A stretch of 64,000 bases of DNA, taken from the NCBI RefSeq assembly GCF_009914755.1, contig NC_060935.1. One strand, 5' to 3'. Shown here piece after piece: positions 26,327 to 38,995 of the stretch (position 1 is the first letter of the stretch; each line of letters opens with the position of its first letter). Source of the DNA: the human T2T-CHM13v2.0 reference genome, Homo sapiens. Both the position numbers and the translations under genes were made by a program. The notes beneath the pieces were generated by a model. It was not told the origin of the DNA. It searched no databases and was given only the letters and a program-made list of their open reading frames with translations.

Positions 26327-26345
26327 CACCCTCTAGGTGGCATTC
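26327..26345 (+). promoter_or_regulatory. candidate CTCF site
   Basis: CACCCTCTAGGTGGCATTC fits the CTCF core CC(A/T)C(C/T)AG(G/A)(G/T)GGC(G/A); motif match only. Confidence 0.45.
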
Positions 26346-28028
26346 TGGTCTTGAAAAGCATGATAAAAATTTGGGGTTGCTACTAAGCAGGGACAATTGC
26401 GCAGCTTGTGGAGTGGCTTGGAGACCTCCAATAGCCCTGCTAGGATCTGGGGCAGACAGTGGGCACCAGCCGATGCCAGGGTATGTGAAGGGCAAAGGAG
26501 GCCCTTTGGGGGAAGAGAACTGTGAGGCCACAGGACTACTGAAATAGAGCTCCATGCCCTTCTCCATTGCCTCTGTAAATACCCTGGGGATCACTTTTAC
26601 TCTATTTTCTGGCTTCTCTGTCACTTGTGGTGCAGTTGGGATGCTTACTTTCACTTCCAAATGATGATACCTCAGAGAATGCAAACTGTAATGCACATAA
26701 GACACAGACAATCCATGGAAAACATGATACTGCTGAGACGTAGGCACATGTTCACACTGACGTGCATTGCATCATTGCATTTGTTCCAAAGCCGGTAAAA
26801 ATGATTTTCAGATAATCTGCTATTTTGGATCGTCTGCACTGCTGCTTGCTTCCATTAGCATGGCTAATTGAGAACTGACTGTGTGTCTTGGACCATTTCC
26901 AGGAAGGGAACCCATTGCCTGTATAATACAGGCTCCCTGAGAGAGCCAAGTAAATGGCTGGAAATGTCAGGTTGAATGCCCACATTGGAGGAGCAAACTT
27001 TTGAGGACGACCTGACCATTCTCAGGCCAGAGAAGCAATCTTGTTCAGCATGTCACATTGATTGCCAAGTCAGTAAACCATAAAACTGTCCCACAGCTAG
27101 AACATGCACTGACTCTGAGAAAGATGAGGCTTGGTTAGTAAAGGATGAAGCCATTCCAAGACCAATAAAAGATGCAATATGGTTTTCCCTGGGCTGTATA
27201 TTAACACCATCCTGGCAGCTATAGGGGATAGAGGCTTGGCAAACAACTGTGTTTTGCTTTGACTTTTGCAGAGTGAGGATGAGATAGAGGCCAATGGGGA
27301 GATCATCTGAGGCCAGATGAAAGGCTTGGAAAGAGTAAGTCTTTACAGAAACCTAGTCTCTAAAGAAACCACTGATGTTTATGTGTCTTGGCCAGTGTCT
27401 TCTGTCATATAACATCTTGGTGAAATACCCCAAATAGATCTTAAAACCAAAACATACTAAGAAAAAAGGAAAATAGAAAGCACAATGTTGTAACTGCCTT
27501 CTGGGTAACCATGTTTTGGATGGTGTCATTTTTCTTATGACATAAGCTCCCAGATGGCACAGACACTGTGTCTCAGAAAAAATAGCAACTAGCAGAGGGT
27601 CATGCCTCATGTGAGTTTCTGTAAGTATTGTTTGGTTGTGTGTTGTTTATCACAAAGAGAACAGATACTATTGTCAGACAATCTCACCAGCTGCATTTTG
27701 CAAGAAGAATGAGAGAAGTCCCCTACAACTTTTACAATTCTGTGTTCTGTCCCAAATAACGACGAGAGATGAATCACCTGGGCTGAAGGATAATTGAAGG
27801 AGGAGGCACATTACTCAAGAAGGTCAGAAAGCCTATGTCTAGGATTAATCTGTGCTCATGGAATCGTTTCTATGTGTTGCTAATAGCTAGAGGGTCTGCT
27901 GATTTCATCTGTGCCCAGTCAACTCCCTGGGCCCACCTCTAATCAAAAGCAGAGGACATAAACTGTGAAGATTTCCAGGATGGATTTCTGAGGACAGCTG
28001 TCTATAGCTTCAGATATGGCACTAGACA

Positions 28029-28205
28029 CAGTGGTGCTCATCATTGGCTGCATGTTAGAATCACCTGAGGGAGCTAGAAAACTATGGATACCCAGGCTCC
28101 ATCCCCAGAGATTCTGATTTAATTGGTCAGGGATGGGTCCTCTGTATGAATAATTTTAAAAATCACCTAGGAGATTTTACTTGCAAGCAGGGTTGAGACA
28201 GCCCG
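28029..28205. mobile_element. MER5B hAT DNA transposon
   Basis: 'ttggctgcatgttagaatcacctg...ccccagagattctgatttaattggtc...gggttgaga'. Confidence 0.8.
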
Positions 28206-28732
28206 AGCTAAAGCCTCTTTAGTGGTATGAGGGAAAACAGGAGGCTCTGGCTCAGTTCACAAAGTTGAAGATCAAACCCAGCCTTCGAAACAGCATTCTT
28301 CTTCTTTACAGGATGACAGGAAATAAAAGACTGTGGGAGTTGGGGTTTGGGTAAAGAGGAAAGAAGGGAAGGGAGAAAAAAGGAGAGAGCCAAAACGCCC
28401 ATTGAGAGGAAGGGAATAAGATTGATTTTCCCCTAGTAGTTTTTATTCAACCAGGGTCTGAAATGTGCTCAGTCTACCTCATGAAAAGTGTGTCACCCAG
28501 GGCACACTGGTGTTTCTATCGCTAGTCACAGAGGCTTCGGGCAACTGCTGAATGGCAGCATTAGGGACCCATAAAAGGAAAAATGCATTGCTATGACTAA
28601 GAGCCCATTACCATAACAATTGTAAATGACTTTGGGGAGTCTGCCCATTGACCATCAAAGAAACCAGAAAACGGGGCCAGGCCCCTTGGAGAGCACTAGA
28701 GGCTTATGAAAGCCATGCACTGGTAATGTTAG

Positions 28733-29108
28733 TGTCTTAGTCCCTTCGTGCTGCTGTCACAGAGTACCTGAGAGTGGGTAATTTATAAAAAACAGAAATT
28801 TATTTCTTACAGTTCTAGAGGCCGGGAAGTGCAAGATCTAGAGGCTGGCATCTGGTCTGGTGAGGGCCTTCTTGCTGCATCCTTATATGCAGAAGGTGGA
28901 AGGCAAGCTAGAACAAGTTAGCCAAACACTGCATAAAGCCTCTTGCATAAGGGCATTAATCCCATTAATGAGGAAGGAAGTCTCATAGCCTGATCACCTC
29001 TTGGAGGCCCCACCTCTCAATACTGTCACGTTGGCAACACCTGAATTTTGGAGGCGATTAGGTTTCAACATGAATTTTGGAGGAGTCCAAAACATTCAAA
29101 TCCTAGCA
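28733..29108 (-). mobile_element. MST(C/D)/MLT1A-type MaLR solo LTR
   Basis: 'tgtcttagtc...aacagaaatttatttcttacagttctagaggc...aacattcaaatcctagca'; TSD gttag/gttgg. Confidence 0.85.
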
Positions 29109-29540
29109 GTTGGAGATAGCAAAGCACATTGTATGATGTGACAAGAAAGTCACATGGAGGCAGAAAAAGAAGAAGAGACCCAGTGGGTCACCCCAACTTC
29201 AAATGGGTTCTCAACATTAACTTTCTAGAGTGTAGGATTTTACTTTTTCCAAAGTCCTTTCTTTTTTTTTTTTTTTTTTTTTGCTCCATCTCTCTGATTC
29301 TTACTCATGTATTTCTACTCAGAACTGGAGCCAGGAATCCATACTCCCTGTTCACTGTCCCTTCTGGCAGAAATACTATGGAAGAGCAGATGTCAGTGAT
29401 ACTGCCCGATCTTGGCAAGGGAAGAACCAGCAAGAAGAGTGCAGGGCATCTCCACACGTGGGACTGATGAGCATGGGGAGTGTGGAGTGTGAGAGGCAGG
29501 AGAGGGATGTGGGGGAGGTTTTGATATCATGTCTGGCTTT

Positions 29541-29816
29541 TTTTTTTTTTTTTTTTTTGAGATGGAGTCTCGCTCTGTCACCCAGGCTGGAGTGCAGTGG
29601 CTCGATCTTCTTTCACCGCAAACTCTGCCTCCCGGGGTCAAGTGATTCTCCTGCCTCAGCCTCCTGAGTAGCTGGGACTACAGGTGCATGCCACCACACC
29701 CGGCTAATTTTTTGTATTTTTAGTAGAGACGGGGTTTCACCATGTTAGCCAGGATGGTCTCGATGTCCTGACCTCGTGATCCGCCTGCCTCGGCCTCCCA
29801 ACGTGCTGGGATTACA
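29541..29816 (-). mobile_element. AluSc-like, 5'-truncated by ~23 nt
   Basis: antisense Alu ending at 'gggattaca'; TSD 'atgtctggcttt' at 29529-29540 and 29817-29828. Confidence 0.93.
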
Positions 29817-31755
29817 ATGTCTGGCTTTAACAAGACAAAGCTTTTGATAGTTTATCTCCTGCAATTCCTGGTTTTCTCTAAGGTGGTGCTGGTTTCTACT
29901 ACACAGGGAGAGGGATCCACTTGTCATAATTAAAACATCTCATGGAAGCGTATGCTTCTGTGCTTTCCTGGAAAATGTACTAATAGCTGGGGATGGCAGG
30001 TTCCCAGGGAAGTGGCACATGACATGTCAGGGGAGTCCAGCAATGGGGAGGCACAACTCCTAGGCCCTTAGATTTGTAGCCTCTGAACCCATTGCATCCT
30101 GGAGCCAGTTACAGATTTCATCTGAGGGACAAAAGGAGAGTGAGAGACTTGGAGGCTCCCTTTGGAGCTCTCTGGCAATTCATGATTGTTGAGCAAGAAA
30201 GATGGGGAATGAGGAATTAGTTTTCACTGAATTGCCACAGGGCCTGCTCTGACTATAAGCATAGGAGAGCCACCCCAGTCCTGTAAAGCCCTAGAGTTGG
30301 GCTAGCAGGGGAAAGCACAAGGTCTGGAGATTGGAAGGAATTTTCCTGAGAGTGTGTGTGTCTGTGCTTTTGAGCCTGTGCCCCTGGCACAAGGGAAATT
30401 AACCAGACTCTGCATGTTGTGGGAATTCTGCATGGCAACCTAATAGAGGCTTAGCTTTTCATTAAAATTTCCATTAATACTGGAGCTGTTTAGAGCAAGT
30501 TGAATGGGAATATCCATAATGCACCTCCTATCCTCTATTACCATTCTGAGGATCAGAGTGAGGTTTCAGGCTTTTGCTGGGGCCATTAGCATTTTTTTTT
30601 TTTTTACCATCATTATGATCATCAACCCAGCACCAATTATGTAGAGCAGGCAAAGTACAAAGAGGCTCACACAGAACCTATCCTTGTCCTATGTGACAGG
30701 CAGGGCAAGAGTAAGAGAGCAGGCACGCAGAGGCAGAGAGTGAAGTCTAGTGAGACCACACGGACATGGACTTTCCAGTGTTGAGAAGCACCTCCTTCCT
30801 CCCACCTGCCTACTCTAAATGAAACAGCTCTGTCATACTGGGCTAGAGCAATCTCAGGTGCAGGGAAGGCATAGATCTTCTGTTGGAACTGGGGATACTG
30901 AAAGGGATGAAGAAGTTCGGCCTCACCTCTTGAGGATCATTTCTACAGCAGAGCTGCCCAGAGGATCACCATTGTTACCAGCTCCGATGTGCCCTTCCTG
31001 CATGCCAAAGCCAGTTCTCTCTTGGAGATGGCCACTGTTGCTCTCTGGGCTGTGGGACATCTAGGAAGCTGATGTCCTTGTTTCAGGGTCCTGGGAGGCT
31101 GTTTCAATGACATCTCATAGAGACACTTTCCTTTCTAACCCTGGCTGCAGCCTCATGGCACTACTTCCTCATCTATGAACCTCTTGTGCCCTTAGACAGG
31201 GGGGCATTCCCTGCCTCAACCACAGGTAGCTGGAGCTCATTCTACAGTGTCCAGAGTGAAACCTGTCCCCTCCAGGCAGAATGAACTGTGCTCTTACTCT
31301 GCAGCCTTCGACACATTATTCATAACATGATGATTATTTTGGAGTGCGTTCTTTTGCTTCTCACAATGAGCAGACACTCTACTTTATCCAGCTTGTATCC
31401 TCTATGCTAAGTGCACAGCAGATTACATGGTAGTTCCTTATAAATTTTTTAAAAATTGTTGTAGATTTCCTTCCACCTGCCTGAGGTGAGGCTCAACACT
31501 GTTACTGATGAAACAGTCCATGTGTGGAAAAACAGAGCCCATTAAAAAGAAAACCCAAACACAGCTAATAGTCTGGGAATGGTGTCTGCAGGATGATGCA
31601 GTTGACACATTCTGTTTGTGCCACACGTGTGTTTTGTCACTGAGACTGCCAGCTCTGAGGGGAAAAATTCTACTATAAGAATATTTAAAATAAGATTGAG
31701 TACAGTGGCTCTTTGCCAGGTGTGTGTTTCAGGAGGCATTTTAATGAGAACATGC

Positions 31756-32106
31756 TGTCATGGTCTGAATGTTTGTGTTTCTCCAAAATTCATGTGTTGA
31801 AATCCTCACCCCCGAGGTGATGCTATTAGGAGGTGGGGCCTTTGGGAGGTGATTAGGGCATGAGGGTGGAGCCCTCATGAATGAAATTAGTGACCTTGTG
31901 AAAGAGGCCCCAGAGAGCTGCCCTCTTCCACCATGTGAGGACAGAGAAAGAAGGTGCCATCCATGAACCAGGAGGCGGGTCTGGACCAGACATCAGATCT
32001 GCCAGCACCTTGATCTTGGACTTCTCCACCTCCAGAATGGTGAGAAATACATTTCTGTTGTTCAGTCTAAGATCGTTTGTTACTGCAGCCCAAATGGACT
32101 GAGGCA
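31756..32106 (+). mobile_element. MLT1A0-type MaLR solo LTR
   Basis: 'tgtcatggtctgaatgtttgtg...gcccaaatggactgaggca'; perfect TSD CATGC. Confidence 0.9.
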
Positions 32107-32119
32107 CATGCTTCAGCCC

Positions 32120-32365
32120 CAGTGGTGAAGAGCACAGACTTTGGAAACATGCTATGTGGACCTGAGGTCTGCCTGCAACACTTAGCTGTGTGACCTCAGG
32201 AAGGTTTCTTAATCTCTATGTGCATTCATTTTTCATTTGTAAAACTGGAATCATAATAGACCCATCACCTTGTGCCATTGTGAGGATGACATGAGGTAAA
32301 AATATATACAAACTTAGAGTAGTTTATACTTATACTGTGTCAGTCTAAAGCGTTGTTGCTATTAA
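32120..32365 (+). mobile_element. MIR
   Basis: 'cttagctgtgtgacctcaggaaggtttcttaatctct...tttcatttgtaaaactggaatcataata'. Confidence 0.75.
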
Positions 32366-34424
32366 TGAATCAGAAAGCCTGGAACTATGATCTGGACCTT
32401 TTTATTTTGAAGGCGCTCCTCGGAGATTCTGATTTGCATCCATGGTTCAGAACCACTTGCCTACTGCATTGTCTGTATCATAGAAGTTGAGGAACCATTA
32501 AGCATTAATAAATAAGTGCAGCAGGATCTTGGTTCCGCAGGAAGAGTGTGGATTCTTGGAATGCAATTGTCATGTGGCAAGTTATTTCAGGTTTTCTTGT
32601 TATCCTCCTCCCTGTATCTATAATGGACAGCCTTGGGTTTTACCTCCTGTCCAGGCACCCGTTCCTCTTTCTGCAGGGATAAGAGTGAGCATGGAAGTAC
32701 TTAAGCACCAGGGAAAGGGGAGAAAGAAAAAGTGGGGGTAATCCACCAACTGTCTAACCATTTCCTGAAAAATAGAGGGCCAACTACCATTAGAGCTCTT
32801 AGAGGATTGCTGAGCCTTCTAAGGGTTTACCAAGAAGGGACAAATCTAATGATAAGAAAGTTACAGCCAAGTTTATTGAACAATAACCCATTTCCTTCAT
32901 GTAGAAACAATGAAGAAACATTTTTTCTCACTTACATGGCACAAGGAAAACAATATCAATGATTTGTGCTGCCTGCTTGTCGAGTCTGTTTACCAACTTG
33001 GCTTATTTTTTTACTGCATGATATGAACACTTAGGGTTAAACAGAGCTCTCTTTTTCTCTCTGGTGAGGTTTTTGCTTTTCCCATTTTTATTTGTATTGA
33101 CTAGGAGGTCTTTCACCAGAAGAATAAAAGACCATGCTTTTGAGGAGCCAGTCACTGAGTTTCTCTGTTGATCAATCACCATTGCTGGTACAGGTATATT
33201 CATTTTGGGTCTGGGATGGATACAGGTTTGATGAAAGGTCCCTGGGGAATGAGAGGGCTTAGCCAACAGTCTCAGGGTCAGCATTTCCTAGTCCTACAAG
33301 ATTCAGATCCCTGATGTGGAGCCAAGGAAAGGCTTGAGTGACTAGGGGTCTTTTTGAACAAGGCACTTTAATTTGCCAAGAACTCTACATCATTTTGTAC
33401 AATTTATTTCAGGGAGAGATATCACTTTAAGCTAAAAAACAAAGGAAAAAAGCTCCAGACTACTCCATGATGGAGGACAAAGCATCTCAGTAAATAACTT
33501 TGAAAGTCAAGAGTTACAGGAAATAAAAAAAGAAGACAATCAGAGAATGTGCCACTAATGAATTCAATCGCAGCAAAAGTCCATTTCCATTCCCTTGAAC
33601 TCTACACAATTTCCAGTTGCAAATATCTTTCAGAAGTACTGTACACACACAGTTGGATATTGAGTTGCTTGACAAACATTTCTGATCAAAACTGCTTGCC
33701 TAGAAATGGCTGCTGGAGCAACAATAATGTGGATTTAGAATGAGCCGGGCTGTTTGCACATAGGTGTAGTCTATGAGTTTAATGGAGTTTTGCAGAAGGC
33801 AATTGCCTAGAAAATAGTGGGTTTTTAAGGATGAACTTTTGACTCCCAATGCGAGGTGAAGGGAAGATCGGGGGAGAATAGGGAGAGAAGGGCTGTCTTT
33901 TCTGTTTTCTCTGGGGCACCATGGCTATAATAACTTCTACTTTGCTGTGATGGACTCAGCAATCAATTTATTCTACGATCTTTTCCCAGACACACTCTCA
34001 ACTCATGTCGGCTTAGTTGAATGGTCACCCTACCTGGATTCTGAGACCCTTCTTGGGGCCTCAATTGGGATATTTACAGCTTCCATTTTTGAGAAGTGTG
34101 TGTGTAGAGGCACTAATTTAAGAACAAAAAAGGCCAGTGACATCTAGGGAAATGTCTTCACTTTGGGCAGGAGTGGGATGACCCTCTGAAAGCTGCACAA
34201 AAGGCCACAGATCTGGCCGATCTGAGGAGACTGGTGTTTTCTGATCTTGGGACAAAGCAGTTAAAATCCTGGAGCTCTTGCATCTTGGAGAAAAATCCTG
34301 TAGCTTCTTTCTCTGGGGCAAGGGGCAAGGCTGTTTGGTCACACTGTTTAGTGATTCACAGCTGGGAATCTTCTGTGTCTGAACAATTTCAGCCCCTCAT
34401 AAGGGGTTGATAGCTGAGCCCCTG

Positions 34425-34779
34425 TGTCTTAGTCAGTTTCGGCTATAACAAAACACCATAAACTGGGTGGTTTATAAACAACAGAAATTTATTTCTTACA
34501 GATCTAGAGGCTGAAAGATCAAGATCAAGGTGATGGCAGATTTGGTGACTGGTGAGGGCTGGCTTCTTCATAGGCAGTGCCTTCTCTCTGTGTCCTTACA
34601 TCGTGGAAGGGACAAGAGGCCTTTCTTGGACATCTTTCATAAAGGCACTAATCCCATTCATGAACTCCGTTTTCATGACCTAATCACCTCCCAAAGGCCT
34701 CACCTCCTAATACCGTAGCCTTGGAGGTGAGAATTTTAGCTTATGAATTTGGGGGAATATAACCATTCAGAATAAAACA
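34425..34779 (-). mobile_element. MLT1A-type MaLR solo LTR
   Basis: 'tgtcttagtcagtttcggctataacaaaacaccataaactgggtgg...'; perfect TSD CCCTG. Confidence 0.9.
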
Positions 34780-35046
34780 CCCTGGCTATAGAAGAGAGGT
34801 GGCTTTTCCTCTCCCCAGACAGCTTCCCTTTCCCCACAGTCCAACCGGCTGTCTAAGCTTAGGGAGCTGCCCCTGGGGAAGAGGAGCCCTGTCAACTGCA
34901 CCCGGAATGATGGCCTTTCTTCCTGTTCTTCCTCGTTAGTTTCTTCCCACTTCTCTAGGATGACAGAGAGGCCCCCCTTCTCGGTTTTCTCAGATAGCAT
35001 GCCATTTGCTGTCTCAAATCTATAAAGAGCTGTTGGGAAGTTTCTG

Positions 35047-35050
35047 TTTT

Positions 35051-35106
<56 letters not shown>

Positions 35107-35124
35107 TTTTCTCTTTCTTTCTTT
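35047..35124. repeat. (TTTC)n microsatellite
   Basis: seen directly. Confidence 0.95.
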
Positions 35125-36029
35125 CAAAAAAGTTCAATTCTCCTAGGTGGCTCACCTGGGCTTTTAATAATGTTTGGCTCCATTTTAAACCCCTGGCTCT
35201 GAGTGTGCTGCTAAGAATCTATTCCTATAGGCGTTTGGTCATTGCAGGGTTAAGAAAATTTGAGCCGTTCCTTTCCTGCCTATGTTGGGGTGCTGGGTAC
35301 TGACAGTAAGAGTGTCCAGGATGAGGGAATGCATGTTTCCAGTGACTCCTGAAGTTTTATTCACCTGTTAGGGCTTTCCATCCCAATTTTCATCCCTTTT
35401 TGACAATTCTTGGTAAAAGCTTTGCAAGTATGGAGCTAATCAAAGGATTTCTGGCTCCCAACTTGTCTGCTCTTTGTTTTGTTTTTGCTTTGGTTTTTTG
35501 CTTCTCTGGGGTATGGGTCTTCATCTTGTTTGTTATGGCAAGAATTCCCTTTAGTGACTAGTGTTGGGAGTTGTTAGACCCATTGAACAGATGAAAATAA
35601 AAGGGGTCTCTAGATCTGGGATCCTGGCACTGAGTGAAGTTTTCCTTCAGCGTATTTCAAACACGTGCAAGATCTTCCTCCTTCCCTGAGACACTTACCT
35701 CTCCTTTAGTTCTCAGGTGTTGGATCATGTCCTCTAGAAAACTTTTCCCTATTTAATCCCATGTATTTTTAACCCACTAACATAATCCCCAATGTTTCCA
35801 TGTCTTTAGTTAATGCTTGTAATATCTATGTATTTAAGGGCTTAATCATGGGCGGTTAGATTTTTAACTTCTGGTTCGGACTAATACATCTTTTCCAGTG
35901 CATGGGTACAGATCTCAGTAGCACACATGGAACATTTGCTAACTCCGTGGTTGACTCATTCAAGCCCTCCCACGAGTCAGATTACCCAGTCAGCCAGTAA
36001 ATGTTGGAGGACTCCTGCACTTCCTCGTG

Positions 36030-36590
36030 GGCTTTTCTCTCTTCTCCATTTACATTTTTCTCTCAAGGTTTTGCATGAAACTCCAAGGCTTTAAATACCA
36101 TTGAGATACAGATGATTTTTTAAATTATAAATCCAGTCTTGACCTATCCCTTGGGCTAAAGATTTGTAGAGTCAACTGTCTTCCTAAATCTTTTTTTGGA
36201 GGTCTAATAATTACCGAAAACTGTAACATGTACAAAACAGACTTGTAGCCCCCACCCTGCACATCTGTCTCTCTCCCAGTCTTCAGCATGTCAGTGCATT
36301 GCAGCACCATCCACCCCGTTGCTCAAGCTCATGCCTCAGTCTCCCCTGACTCTTCCCATTCCTTCTCCCAGCACATTCCACACACCAGCATGTCCTGTTG
36401 GCTCTTGTTTCAAGATACATCCAGAATCTGTTCACTTCTCTGCACTGCCACTGTTCCAGTCCAAGCCTCCATCAACTCTTGCCTGAGCTTCTGTATTAGT
36501 CTTCCCAACTGGTCTCCCTGCTTCTCTCCTTGCCACCTAAAATCTATGCCCCACATAGCAGGCATAATGATTTTAAAAAATCAGCATTTG
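36030..36590 (+). mobile_element. L2 fragment
   Basis: 'ggctttaaataccatt...caccatccaccccgttgctcaagc...caagatacatccagaatctg...aactggtctccctgcttc'. Confidence 0.75.
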
Positions 36591-36594
36591 ACCA

Positions 36595-38995
36595 AATCGA
36601 ATGGCTGTTCATAATAAAAACTATCAAATAACTAGGAATTGAAGAGAATTTCACTAACTTAATATAAAGAGTATAAGAAAAACCTAGAGTTAACATCATA
36701 CTTAATGGTAAGAGACTGAATGCTTTTGTCCTAAGATTGGAACAAGGTGAGAATATCTGTTCTCACCACCCCTATTGACCACTGTACTGGAAGTCCTAGC
36801 TTAGTGCAATAAGATAAGTAAAAGAAATAAAAAGTGTGGAGACTTGGAAGGAAGAAATAAAACTGTCTTTATTCTCGGGTAACATAATTATCTACATAAA
36901 AAACCCAAAGAATCTGTAAGAAAACACCTAGTAAGTCAATATAGCAAGATTGTAGGATACAAGGTGAATAAACAGAAGTTAATTTTTTCAATAGAAAGTT
37001 GGAATCGTGGTAAGCTGCCTACCTTGCCCCACCCTTGGGGGCTACATTTTAGCTTTTACTGAATGGAATGAAGAAAGATAAATACAAATTTGTGTCTTTA
37101 ACGAAGAAAAAATTAACTGCTTTCCTCCATACCAAAAATAATCTCAGGAAGTGATTTTGTAGATACAACAAACTTAATGTAAATTTTGTATAGAATGGCG
37201 AAGGACCTAGAACAGTCACCACAATACTAAATAAGAAATAAGTTGGAGGACTCATACTACCTGATTTCAAGACTTACTATAATATAAAGCCACAGTAATC
37301 AAGACAGTATAATACTGGTGAAGGAATACACAAATAGATCAGTGGAACAGGATAGAGAGCCCAGAAATAGACCCACACAAATAAAGGGACAGTGTTTTCA
37401 ACAAATGGTGGAGGAACAATTGGCCATCTATATTAGAAACAGAGACTAGACACAGATCTTACATCCTTCATAAAAAATTGCTTAAAATGAATTATACACC
37501 TAGATATAAAACATGAAACAATAAAACTTCCAGAAGAAAACACTGGAGAAAATCTATGGCCTTAGATTGGTGATGAGTTTTTCTCCTTTTTTTTTTTTTT
37601 TTGAGTCGAGGTCTTGCTGCACTGCCCACACCACTCTTGAACTCCTGAGCTCAAAAAATCCCCCTGCCTCAGCCTCCTGAGTAGCTGAGATTACGGGCAT
37701 GAGCCACCATGCCTGGTTGGTGATGAGTTTTTAGATATTACACCAAATGCATGATCCATAAAACAAAAAATTGAAAATTTTGGCTTTATTAAAATTAAAA
37801 ACTTTTGCTCTGCTGAAGACATTCTTAACATGTGAAAAAGACAAGTCATTGACCAGGAGAAAATATTTGTAAATCACATATCAGATAAAACACTTGCATC
37901 TAAAATATACCAAGAATCCTGAAAACTCAACAGTAAGAAAGCAAATGGTCCAACTTAAAAAATGGGCAAGAGATCTGAACAGACACTTCACCAAAGAAGA
38001 TACACAGATGGCAAAGAAACATATCAAAAGATGATCTATAGCATCTGTCATTAGGGAAATGCAAATTAAAATTACAACATACCTCTACACACCTCTTAGC
38101 ATGGCTAAAATCCAGAAAAGCTGACAATACTGGCAAGGATATGGAGCAACAGGAGCTCTCATTCATTGCTGCTGGGAATGCAAAGTGGTACAGCCACTTT
38201 GGAAAATAGTTTTGAGAGTTTCTTACCATGCTAAACATAGTTTTACCACATGATCAAGTAACTGCAGTCCTAGATATTTACCCAGCTGATTTGAAAACTT
38301 ACGTGCACACAAAAACCTCCACGAGAAGGTTTATAGTACCTTTACTTGCAATCATCAAAACTGGAAGCAACAAAGATGTTCTCCAGTAGGTGAATGGGTT
38401 AATAAACTTGGGTTTTTTAAATACACAATTAAGCTATAATTAATAGCATGCCCCATGCATAATCACAGAGTAAAACAAGAAAGGCCCAGCCCATTAGGTC
38501 AAACATGCTGAGTGTTGTGGAACAGCAAAAATCTATTTCTAAAGACTTGAACAGTAGCTGGAAACATAAAAGTTCAGATTATTGGCTCAGTTGGACTTGA
38601 TTATATGAGACTAGTGTGTATATAAAGACCCTAAAGTTGGGAGGGTATGTTTAAGAGATACATGAAACCAGCAGGACAGGGTGGTGCTGACATCACTTTA
38701 CTACAAATAAAGTTGTTATAAATCCATATAGTGGGATACTATTCGGCAATAAAAAGAAATGAGCTATCAGGCGACAACATGGATGTATCTTAGATACATA
38801 TTGCTAAGTGAAAGAAGCCAGTCTGAAAAAACATATTGAATGATTCCATTTATATGACACTTGAAAAGGCAAAACTATAGAAAAAGAGCAGTAGTTGCCA
38901 GGGGCGTGGGCAGAGGAGAGGGTTGAATAGATGAAGCACAGGGGATGTTTTTAAGGCCGTGAAAATATTCTGTACAATACTGTAATGGTGGTAGG
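36595..38995 (+). mobile_element. L1MC-like LINE-1 fragment (ORF2 3' part and 3' UTR), with internal insertions
   Basis: 'gttggaggactcatactacctgatttcaagacttactat', 'aaatgggcaagagatctgaacagacacttcaccaaagaaga', L1MC-type 3' end 'gaaaaggcaaaactatag...gaaaatattctgtacaatactgtaatggtgg'. Confidence 0.85.
37583..37716 (-). mobile_element. FLAM (Alu monomer) inserted in L1
   Basis: single Alu left-arm-like monomer with poly-T; TSD 'ttggtgatgagttttt' at 37567-37582 and 37717-37732. Confidence 0.9.
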
